Shown here in pieces: positions 37,701 to 48,993 of a stretch of DNA of 64,000 bases (position 1 is the first letter of the stretch; each line of letters opens with the position of its first letter). The notes beneath the pieces are model-generated. The model was given only the letters and a program-made list of their open reading frames with translations. It did no database searches and was not told where the DNA came from. Origin of the DNA: Geosiphon pyriformis uo1 (lineage: Eukaryota; Fungi; Glomeromycota); assembly GCA_016748015.1 (NCBI GenBank), contig JAAOMT010000109.1, positions 21,820 through 85,819 of the forward strand, in the 5' to 3' direction. The translations under genes and the position numbers were made by a program.

Positions 37701-37899
37701 TGTAATAAGTTTATAAGTTGCATTTAGTTTAAACTATTTAGTTTGGTCTTATGTATTAAATAGTAATTGGACTTTACTCAATAAATACAATTAATAAAAA
37801 ATAATAAAAAATTATTTTATTAAATATTAGTAAATAAACTTATTTATTAGCTTCTTAATAATATATAATTAAATTTTTATTAAGTTTAATAATTATTTC

Positions 37900-40170
37900 T
37901 TTTTTTGTCTTCTTAATTTTATAATCATAATCAAAATAAAGAGTAAAAAAGCTGTATTTAATATTTTTCTTGAGATATCTAATAAAATTTTAACCAAAGA
38001 AGCTTTTTCTGTTGTAAAAACAGCTAGACAAAACGTTTTAGAAGTTTTTTTTTATTCAGTAATTGTAAAAAGCTGCTTTTAGTAACTGTTGAAGCATTTT
38101 TTTTATCTTTGTTTGGTTTTTTATTAGTCAAAAAAGTCACACTTAAATTAATCTTAGTGTTGCCTCTATTTTAACTAAAAACCCAAAAGTTTTTAATAAT
38201 AGATTAGTTAACAAACTGGTTTTTCTTTTTATAGCTTTTATATTTAGTGTTACTAATACTACTTCTTCAAAAAATATGATTAAAAAAACCAAAGATTCAA
38301 AAAAGTGAGAGTAGTTATTTGTTTTTGTTATTATTACACCAAACTCTTTTGTGGTTTCTAATGAAATCTTAGATAAGATCTTTGTTGCATTATCTGGCAT
38401 GTTATTTAAGATGAGCCAAAATCAATTACTGGCTGTATTGCCAAATATGGTGTCTTTTAGCAGATTATTACTGGTTTTAGAAACAAAGCAATTATTTTTT
38501 ATAGTGTTATTTGTTCTTGAAAATTGGGCTGATCTAATAGAAACTGAATCATTCTTTCTACTAGTTTTTGGTGTTGCCACTAGTAATGTTTGGGAAACTA
38601 TTTCTAGTTATTAAAAATTTGCTGAGTAAATAGTCTCTATTTTAGTGCTTGGTACAACTTTCAAGATTAAGTTGGCTTATATTAGAAATGTTTTTCAGTC
38701 TGTATATGGTTTTTTGGATGTAAAATCTGTTTTTAAAAACAATGTAAAACTTTTCTGTATAGAGTTTGCTTCTCAAAACTCCCTGAATGCTGTATTTCTG
38801 GTTGAGCTTATAAGTTCTATTTATCTTGTTATTCTTAAAATTGTCAAGTCTTTGGTAATTTCTGAATCTGGTTTTTTTTCTGCTGCTGTTATATTGTGTG
38901 ATATGTTATTAGGTGTATTTACTGCTAATATTAAGACAGCTTTTGGTGTTTTTGGTAAAGTTCTCTGTATTGTGTTGAAGTCTATTGGTGTTTGGCAATA
39001 TATAATTGTTTACTTTAAAAAATTAAGTATTACTGTATTTGTTCTTAGTTATTAATTAGTTTTGGTAAGTAAAAATAGTGTTAGGATTTTTTTTTTAATG
39101 AATCAAAATGAAACTATTATATTTTACAATAGGTTTAAGGTCAAATTAATTAATCTTTCTTTTGGTTATACTGTTTTTAAAACCAGTAATATAATTTCTC
39201 AATTCTGTAATTGTACATGTTTTATTTTTCACTTTCCTAATTTTGGTTATTATTCCCAGTTTGCTCTGGTTATGTTTAAATCTTAGGTCAATTTAGATGC
39301 TGCTATTATTAAAACTGGTACACTAAAAAAGTATCATATCTAATGGAAAACTTCTGGTTGTTAATGCTGTTTTAGATGTCAAGAAATAGGCTATTTAACT
39401 ATAAACTATAAAAATTTTTTACTTTTTTCTCCCAAAACTTCCAAAGTATTTGCTCTATATTTTGTAAATATGAAGTTTTATGTTAAGATGTCTGTTTTTT
39501 TGGGTTTTTTTGAATTCTTTTTATTAGTAACTTTTATTTTTTTTTCTAAGATTAAAGATAATTTTTTGATTTTGTCTTGGCTGGTGTCTTTAAAATCTAA
39601 TATGACCAAGTTGTTAACTTTAGTTAAATTAATTGTTAAGCCTATTAAATCTTTGGTTATTATTTTGAACAGTTTATTAAAGATAATTTGGTTTTAAGCA
39701 GTATTTTTAGCCTTAAGATTAATAAACTTATGATTTATTTGAGTTATTTTAGCAAAGTTATTAGTAAATTGGGAAAAGAGATAGTTTTACTAAAAAAAAG
39801 TGTTATATAGAGAATGTTAATATGTCTGATGATTTGAATCATTCAATTGGTATTAATGATAATATATTTTTTAATTTGATATTTCTTTAAACACATAAGC
39901 CTAATAGTGATAAGACTAATCTCTTAAAAACAACTGAGTAATGGGTTGGATTAGTCTCTTATAGTATTTAATTATTTAATATAATTCAAAAAATATCAGC
40001 TTTAAGTAAGTTTACTTTTATTGTAGCAATATAATATAGCCTAAACTGATTTAAGTAACTGATTATATGTAGAAAATATGTAAACTATATTTAGTACTAG
40101 AATACTTAGTTTGTTTCTAATTCCTAAATAGTGGTTGAACTATTTTTATTAAATCTTAATAAAAAAAATA
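37900..40170 (+). mobile_element. ORF1-only element, copy 2 (full length, more decayed)
   Basis: Same 5' end TTTTGTCTTCTTAATTTT; colinear ORF 37921-~40034 (knuckle CFRCQEIGYL at ~39367); 3' UTR and A tail at ~40160. Confidence 0.9.
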
Positions 40171-40286
40171 ATTATTATTAATTATACAATTAATAAAAAA
40201 ATATAATGACTTTTTTATTTATAACTTTTTAAAAAGAAAATTATATTTTTTATTAGTAAAAATATAAACAAAATTATTTTAAAAAA

Positions 40287-40451
40287 CTTTTTGTCTTCTT
40301 AATTTTATGATTATAACCAGAGCAAAGAATAAAAAAACTGCATCTAATATTTTTTCTAAAATTTCAATCAGAAGAGTTTTTTCTGTTGTAGAAACAACTA
40401 GGCAGAATGTTTAAAAAACTTTTCTTTTACTTAGTAATCATAAAAAGCTGT
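40287..40451 (+). mobile_element. ORF1-only element, copy 3, 5' fragment cut by the Gypsy A2 LTR
   Basis: TTGTCTTCTTAATTTTATGATTATAACCAGAGCAAAG.. is colinear with copies 1 and 2 up to AAAAAGCTGT. Confidence 0.85.
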
Positions 40452-41273
40452 TGTTATTTATAGAATATAGAAAGTATGTATTAGCATAAATTAGCCAATC
40501 AGAAGTAACCATAGTAAATGTGGAATTTCAGGATTCCTCTCTGAAGAATTGCAAAATTCTAAGAATATTAAGATTTGCATACAAGGAATTGCAAGATTCC
40601 AGAATTCCAGAATTTTTTTCAAAGGAATTGCAGAATTCCAGAAATTCCAAGATTTCTGGTGTGAAGAATTGAGAAATTAAGAAATCTTAATTATGTATAT
40701 ATAGTGGTAGAGTTAGAAGTAGAAAAAACAGACCTTTCAGTTTAGACTTGATCTAAGCAATCTTCCAATTCACAATAATTATTCTTTATCAATATTTTAT
40801 GTTAATAGTAATTAATATTTAACTATACTGAAACAATAACTTTTGATCATGGCTATTAACAGGATACTAACTTGCAATTGCTTTTACTTATTTTGTTATC
40901 TTTTTTTATTTTCTTTTATTTCTTTTGTTATTTTTTTGGTTTTACTAATTAATTAAGGATTAAGTGCTGCAGTACAGACATCATAGAGACTGGTAAAAGA
41001 CCCGTAAAACAAGGGTAGAACACTTATAAATCTGAAGATAGCTTACCAGAAGAATTACCGGCCACCACGCCGAGAAAAAAATTTGACAAAACTGTGGTTT
41101 CAGGAAGTTATGGATAAAACAATCAATTAAATCTCTGTTCATTATACAAAAAACTCTATAACCACATTTTCAGATCAACTCAACTTTCAAATATCAACAC
41201 CAGAATATCAGTTAAGCACCAAGTTATAGATTTGTTATTTGATTTGAAACCCCAAATAATTACCTATAACATT

Positions 41274-41290
41274 TGGTGCTTTCTGTAAAG
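41274..41290 (+). promoter_or_regulatory. Primer binding site of Gypsy A2 (TGGTGCTTTCTGTAAAG)
   Basis: TGG starts 2 nt after the LTR-terminal TAACA. Differs from the family B PBS only by transitions. Confidence 0.8.
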
Positions 41291-44200
41291 TATAATTCAA
41301 CAGAAAACCAGTATCAGCAACAACCATTCAAAACAGTGGCAGAATCAAAAGAAACAGAGACAAACCACTTGGGATTTGCAAAATTTTTATTCAAGTACTA
41401 TAAAAGTTATCTGAAATTAACAAATAATAATTGATCAGCAGAATTAGTTTTTATTTGCTACATTAATAAAAAGATTGTATATTACTTGGAAAGATAAGAA
41501 GATCCAGAATCTGCTTTTAACAATTTTTTTAATGAATTATTTTAAAACACCACATTGCCACAAAATTATCTATTTGCACCAATAATTACAAAAATAAATA
41601 GAGAAATTGAAAAATACACTAAACAAAGATTCCCCATCATTTTTGTGAACAAAAAAAAAGGAAGGTTATAAACACCAGCAGAAATCCCAAAACAAATACA
41701 ATTATCTACTTGGAAGAAACAAAGAGTTAATTCTTCTGCAAATCCATTCTATCATCACATACTTAGAAACACTATCAATATAATATTAACAAATGCATCC
41801 ACAGTAAATGTAACAACATTATTAAACAGAATGCCATTCCAAAGTAAATAAAAGAAAGCTAAATTATTAAGAACATATAGTGATTATTTTGAGAGATTCA
41901 AATCATAATTCCCAATGCCATTAGAAATTTAATCACTACTATTACAACCAGATTTCGGAGCTACTAGTCCTTGGGAGATAACTGGCTCTAAGGAAGAGAA
42001 AATCAGTAATCAAGAAATTAATAGTCAAAATTCGATCCCAGTAAACATGGAAATTCAAATTCTAATCATTCCAACTCAGCAAAATCAGGATAATCTAAAT
42101 ACTACTTTTATTGTTCTCCAAAACTTATCTTCAGTAATCATGATTGATCTACTGCCAGTTTCACCAATTACCAAACAGCAACAACAATAGCCACCACCAG
42201 CACCCCAGCAACAACTACAACAGCAACTTTAATCACAATCATAACAACAAATATCATTAGCACTAATGGCATATGCACTCATTGTCAAAATTAAAAAATT
42301 CACCAGCAAAGAAGATGATGCCCAAGTGTGGTTGAATGATGTGAAAAAAACCATTGCAGCCAATAAATAGAATGATGCCAGAACACTTTAAACCATCTTA
42401 TACTTTCTCCAAAATACTGCCAACTTATAGTATTAAAGCTTGGCCAACAAACTCCAAGATTTCAATGCATTTAAGCTTGAGTTCTTACAATATTTTAGCA
42501 ACAATAAAAGCATCAACCACTTAGTCAATACATTCACAACTATTAAACAAAGAGATGTTGAAACAGTCACTACTTATTTGGAACACTTCCACAGAAATCT
42601 GCACCAAATTCAGACAATACAAGCTGATTATTTCACAATGCTACAAATTTTAAATCAATTTATTAGAGGCTTGTGCAGCAGTATCTTTCAATGCATATGT
42701 TCATTACATCCAGCAGATTTTTAAGCAGCAGTTACAAATGCCAGAGATTTTGAAGCAGCAAAACTCAAAGCTAATCACACTTAAGCCATAAATCTAGTAA
42801 TGAATTGATCATCTAACTTGGATTCTAAACTGAAACAATTTAGTAACACAATTAACCAAAAATTAGAGGAATACTTAGCTAACAATAATAGCAATTAGGC
42901 AATCTATCAAACTCTACAATAGTGAAATAATCAAGAAAATTTCAATTATTTCCAAAATTAATTACATCTATTATTCTCAACCAATCAACAATGACAGCAG
43001 AAAACATGTATGTGCCATTATTGTGATAAACAAAGACATTTACAATTTGAATGTTGTAAATAGTTAAGTGATCAATAATCAGGAAATCAGTATTGAAACT
43101 CTGATTACTGACTTTAAACTCAGAATTATGTTAATAATCAATCACCAGAACATTATTAACATCAATCATATTATGCTTAAGTAATACAGCCAATTTATCA
43201 AGCACCAATAACACAGCAATTATACTTACCTCTAATATATCAGCCTCTAGCACTCATTATTTATCAACCATAATCACAAGTAATCTATTAATCACAACAG
43301 ATTCAAATTCCATCACAAATAACTGTGCTTAATGAAAACCAAAGGCCAAAAACTATCTAACAAAACTGGAGATTGGCAATAGTAGTCTATCAACTGATTT
43401 CCAGTTCTTCCAACCAAGCCTTAAGATCACATTCTTGGAGTTTAAGAACTGAATACACCCAAAACCCGAATTCCCAACAATATTTAAGTCTCTTGGTTAT
43501 TCCAGAAGACACTCTATTCAACAATCCAGAATTCAACCAGAAGCCACCACTTATCAACAATATTCTACTAACAACCATTACCAATAACAAATCATTATCA
43601 GTAATTTTTCCCTTCAAAATTAAGGAACCAGAAAAAACACATCTTTTTAGTAGAGCTACTCTTGATACAAAACTCATTACCATGATGTACACTGATGTCA
43701 AAGTTGATAAACAGTTTATTAAACTGATTTTAAACAATAGTTCAGCAGATAGTATTATCACATGACAACTCATAGACCAATTAAGTCATTAAGTTGATTA
43801 AACTATCAATACCAAAATTATTACAGCCAATAAAGTGACCAAAACCCCTATTGAAAAAATTAATTACTTCTCTTTTGAAGTCAATAGCATCATTGTATTA
43901 TCAAAGTACTCATAATGAAAACCACTTAATACCAAGCACTTATTGGAAATAACTGGTTGTCCAAAACCAATGCAGTGCTTAATTGGACCACTTAGAAGCT
44001 CCAACTCAGTCAGAACAGATAACACATATGTGTACCAGCCACATATGGTTACTTCAAGATCACCCACACCCTAGCACTCTTAATTAAGCTCGAAAAAAAA
44101 AAAACCTATTTGAAAAGCCTATTAAGTCTTGTAAACTGACAATGAGCACAATAAACTATTGTCTATATTTTCATGAAACAATAAGAGAAAAAAAAAGTGA

Positions 44201-45295
44201 AAAGAGGAACTTATTTGGAATAATAATTAAACATTGTGAACTGACAATAATCAAGATGAGCTAACACCAACTTGGAAGTGAGAAAAAACTGAAAAAGAGA
44301 AAGGAAAAAAAAAAGAAAAAGAGTTAGCACCAGCAACATCTACAAATTATACTCCATATATTTATACCCCACCACAACTGTCTAACTATTACTAACTAAA
44401 ATTAGTATGCATTGATTGTAACAAAAAATTGTAATCAATAGATGCATGCTATAATAATAATGAAGAATACCCAATGACAACAAAATTCTATTGTTGTCTT
44501 TGCATTTTTGAATAGTTTGAATGACCAAAAAGACAAGAAAAATAAGATAACAAACTTTGTCTTGCCTGTAGAACCATCTTGCTTGATGAAAAAATGTGGA
44601 ATAACATTCTTGGACATAGAGAAACATGTGATGAAACATGTTAATATACTATCTTAATAAACAATTGGGTATATAAAAGAACTCCAATTGACAATACATA
44701 GAAAAAAGTGTTGTAATAATTGGAAGGATATTCACATGACAAACATGAGATCTGGAGAATAGTGAATGCAAAAGCAAAAGGCATGATGACCAGTAAACTA
44801 CTAGAAATTAAGAACAACTTCTTATTACTTTTAGAACCCAAATACATCCAAATGTTTAACATCTTTGATGACATTGAGACTGATTCCAAAGAATTTTATG
44901 AGCACTACCAACAACTGGCCTCAACAAAAAAAGAGCAAAAACAACAGCTAGAACAGTTAAATATTAGATTATGCTAACATTGTTTAATTCTTAGTGATTT
45001 TGAATATTGTGATGATTGTGATCTTATTTACAATCTATCACCATGCATAATTTACATGATTCCAAAGAAAAAAGAACTAATTAGCAGCTGCACATCAGAA
45101 TCAGAATTACAGTTCAATTTCAATTCAAACTTCAACAACAATGATAATAAAAACAATAGTTCTAGCTCCATTCAGAATAGCAACAATAACAACAATAATT
45201 AAGACTTCAATTCAAACACTGAACAATATATTACACTTCTTGATCTCTCCAAAGAACAAAAACTTAAATGGTTTAGCAATAATAATGGAGATATC

Positions 45296-45690
45296 ATGCC
45301 AGAATGTGTACATAATACTGATGCAGGGTTTGATCTGAGATATTTTGGAAAGAAAGCCATAAAATTGGAACCACATTCATATACATGCATTGATCTAAAA
45401 ATAACACTAGAAATTTTAGCAACAATGATAATTCAATTAGCATTTAGAAGTAGTTTAACAAAAAAAAAATTAATATCAGAGAAAGAATAATTGACACAGG
45501 ATATATAGAAAATATTATTGCAATACTACAAAATGACTCAAAAAAGACATATATTATAGAGCCAAATAAGAAAATAGCACAGACAATATTCCAATCTTTA
45601 GTTAAAATAGCTTAGTTAGTATCTGTGAGAAATAGAAAAAAATTAAGAATTATAACTAAAAAAATAAGTAGATTCAGATCTATGAGTAGA
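45296..45690 (+). pseudogene. dut: A2 dUTPase domain
   Basis: TDAGFDLRY, AFRSSLT, IIDTGYIE, KKIAQTIF, SRFRSMS (decayed GFGSTG). Confidence 0.9.
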
Positions 45691-48600
45691 ATAGATATAC
45701 CAATCAATATGACAGAGGAAAAAATTATTAACAAAGAAGAAATTATCTTCACTCATTACTCAATTTCTATTTCATTATATGGCCAGTACATATTAGCCAT
45801 AGAAAAAAAAGTGAAAAATCAAGCTCAAATGTTTAAAACAGAAGCTACAATTTGTGAATCAAGAAAGATTAAACTCATCAATCTGTATATATTAGCCAAA
45901 AGCCCAAAACACATAAAAATTCCCATCTATAATACAACTGGAAATATTATCGAAATACCAAAAGGAATTATTATTAGATATATAAGCACAGAAGTAAAAA
46001 ATCAACCACCAAATACCATTCCAGATTTTCCACAGCTTTGTAGATATATGGATATTATATTACAAATAATCTATGGACAGAACAAATGTTATTTGCTCTA
46101 AATAAAACAATTAAAACAGATGAACTTAGAAAAACTAGACTCATTTCAACAGATGCAATTCAAAATGCTATTCAACAATTTCACTGACATTTTTACAAGT
46201 GAAAACGAATTTGGCAGAACTGATATAATCTAATACCAAATCAAAACTGGAGACATCATGTCAATAAAACAAAGAGCATACCAAGTACCACTAGCCAGCC
46301 ATAAAATTATCTGTCAAGAAATTAATAGAATGTTAGACAATGGGTTAATTCAACCATCAATGAGTTCATGGTTGTTACCAGTAATATTAGTCCATAAAAA
46401 AAATGAAAAAATCCACTTTTGTGTAAATTACCAAAAACTTAATGAAATAACAAAAAGAGATAGCTACCCAATTCCAAAGATTCAAGAACTTTTTGATACT
46501 TTTGGAGGAAAAAAATGGTTCTCAATATTAGACTTAGACAGTGATTACTGACAAGTAGTCATGAAACCAGAAGATAAAAAAAAAATGACTTTTACAACCT
46601 AAGAAGAAAATTTTGAATTTGAAAAAATGCCTTTTGGCTTAATGAATACTTCAGTCATATTTTAATGGCTTATGAAAATTGTTTATATTAGACTACTGTG
46701 GAAATCAGTAGTTATTTACTTAAATGACACCAATGTGTTTTTCAAGACATTTGATAATTATTTATATTATCTTCAACAAGTGTTTGAAAGACTAAAAAGA
46801 GCTGAATTAAAGTTAAATGCAACTAAGTATTTCTTTGGAAAAACAGAACTAAAATTCCTGTGACATGTTATGAGCAAAAACAGTATCAAAACAGATTCAA
46901 ATAAGATTGAAATAGTTAAAAACTTTCCAGTATTAACCAATTTGACCAAATTATAAGCATTTTTAGGATTTGCAAGATACTATTACTGCTTTATTAAAGA
47001 TTTTTTCAAACTAGCACAGCCATTCTATTATCTTCAAACCAAGAATGTTAAATATAAATAGACTAAAACCCAGCAAGAAGCTTTTGACATGCTGAGAAAA
47101 AAGCTTATTCAAGCCCCAGTATTAATTTATTCAGATTACAACAAACTATTTATTATTATTACTAATGCATTAAATTAAGTATTGAGAACAATACTATTTC
47201 AGAAAAAACCAGATAAAAGAGAACATCCAGTAGCATATGCTAGTCACAGCTTGAATTCAGCAAAAAAAAACTATAGAATACTAACACTAGAACACTTAGC
47301 TATCTATTAGACAGTCATAAAATAGAGAAAATACTTAAGCCAAAAATTTGACATATATACTGATCATAAAAGATTGACTTCAATTCAGAAACAAGAATTT
47401 GGAGATAATTGTCATACTAAATAGAAAATAGAACTTTTACCATTTAATTATAGAGTACATTACAAAAAAAGAAAATAAAATAAAAATGCTGACAGTTTGT
47501 CACAGATAAAACAAATCTAAGAATATTTTAACCCAAAAATATAACAAAAGATAAATACACAAAAATATCAACAATTTTAACAATATATTAATACTCAACA
47601 GTTTAAGGAGAAATTATCTCCAAAGGAATGAAACAACATAAAACAGCAATTAAAATATTTTATCACTTACCAAAATATATTATATTAGAAAAACAGAAAA
47701 CATTTAAACCAACTACTTAGAGTAATCACAGAACCAGAAAAAAAAACAATACTATTTAATATGTATTCAAATCCAACAGCAGAACATTTCTATAAAGAAG
47801 CAATCATAAAAAGAACCAAAAAAAGATACTATTGGCCATTAATGTATCCAGATATTATCTAATATATTCAAAATTGTGATGCTTGTCAAAGAAGAAGAAG
47901 AACAAGACCAAATGAATCATTAAAACCAATCAGAGTAGAACAATTATTCAAGTGCATTAGAATTGACTTAGTCAGATTTTGAAACCAACCAAAAATCTTA
48001 CTCAATCCAGTAATGAACACTATCACTGTTAACCAAATAAAAAAAATAACCAATGTCCAATTTGAAAATTACAGAACAAAATTACACAAGTAATTCTTGA
48101 AAAAAAAGTTCAAGAAATACTTAAAGATAGAGGGTTAGAATTAAGAGATCTTGATGAAGCTAATATTAAAAAAAAGAAATAATATTACTTATAGAATATA
48201 GAAAGTATATTAGCATATAAATTAATCAATTAAAAATAGGCATAGTAAATGTGGAATTCCAAGATTCTTTTCAGAAGAATTGTAAGATTCTAGAAATTAC
48301 AGAATTCTCATATGACAAATCACAAGATTTCAGAATTCCAGAATTTGTCTTAAAAAAATTACAAAATTTTAGGAATTCCAAAATTCCTGGTACAAAAAAT
48401 TGAGGAATTAAGAAATCTTAATTATGTATATATAACAATAATATTAGAAGTAGAAAAGACAAATTTTTTAGTTTAGATTTCATCTAAGCAATCTTTCAAA
48501 TCATAAATATCAATAAATAACTATTTGCTATCTCAATTTACTTTCTATTATCAACACTTTATGTTGATAGTAACCTATATTTAACCATATCGGAATATTT

Positions 48601-48993
48601 GCTCTTGATCTTGGCTATTAATGAGATATTAACTTATATTTGTCTTGGCTTATTTTTTTTCTTTATTATTATTTTTTTTCTTTATTATTTTGTTTATTGT
48701 TGTTTACTAAATTGAGTAAAGATCACATGCTAAATAATTGACATTAAGAATAGCCTGATAAAAAACTCCAAAGAAAGTGTATAGAGTTTGAGAATTTAAG
48801 GATAGCTTATCAGAAAAGCATCTCTGCCAGATTATTGGCTACTACACTGAGAAAAAAATTTAACAAAATTACAATTCTGAGAAGTGACAGAACTCCATTC
48901 AAAACCTTCAGATAAATACCAATAAGATCAGCTATTGAGCACTAAGTTATAAGTTTGTTATTTAATTTGAGACCCAAATAATTATCTGTAACA

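Larger units (their letters stand above)
21065..37810 (+). mobile_element. LINE-c, full length, split by Gypsy B (21890-29590) and the ORF1-only element (32530-34794)
   Basis: ORF1 spans 21168-21889 and 29591-~30743. APE domain ~30740-31430 (WKFTTCYV, IITETKL, LGKNFNK, LDYIFV, NTNYKAV). RT ~32000-32529 and 34800-35600. RNase H ~36380-36780. 3' UTR and A tail 37665-37810. Reading frames rejoin across both insertions. Confidence 0.93.
40452..48993 (+). mobile_element. Ty3/Gypsy family A, copy A2 (two discordant LTRs, internal deletion)
   Basis: LTRs 40452-41271 and 48183-48993; PBS 41274-41290; gag from ~41337; PR ~43720; dUTPase 45296-45690; RT-RH ~46200-47520; IN N-terminus 47551-47976 fused to the ORF3 tail. 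Confidence 0.94.

Noticed and set aside
37888-40177. AATAATTATT as the TSD of half-LINE copy 2
   Set aside because: Present on both sides, but such a low-complexity match is expected by chance in these A/T flanks.
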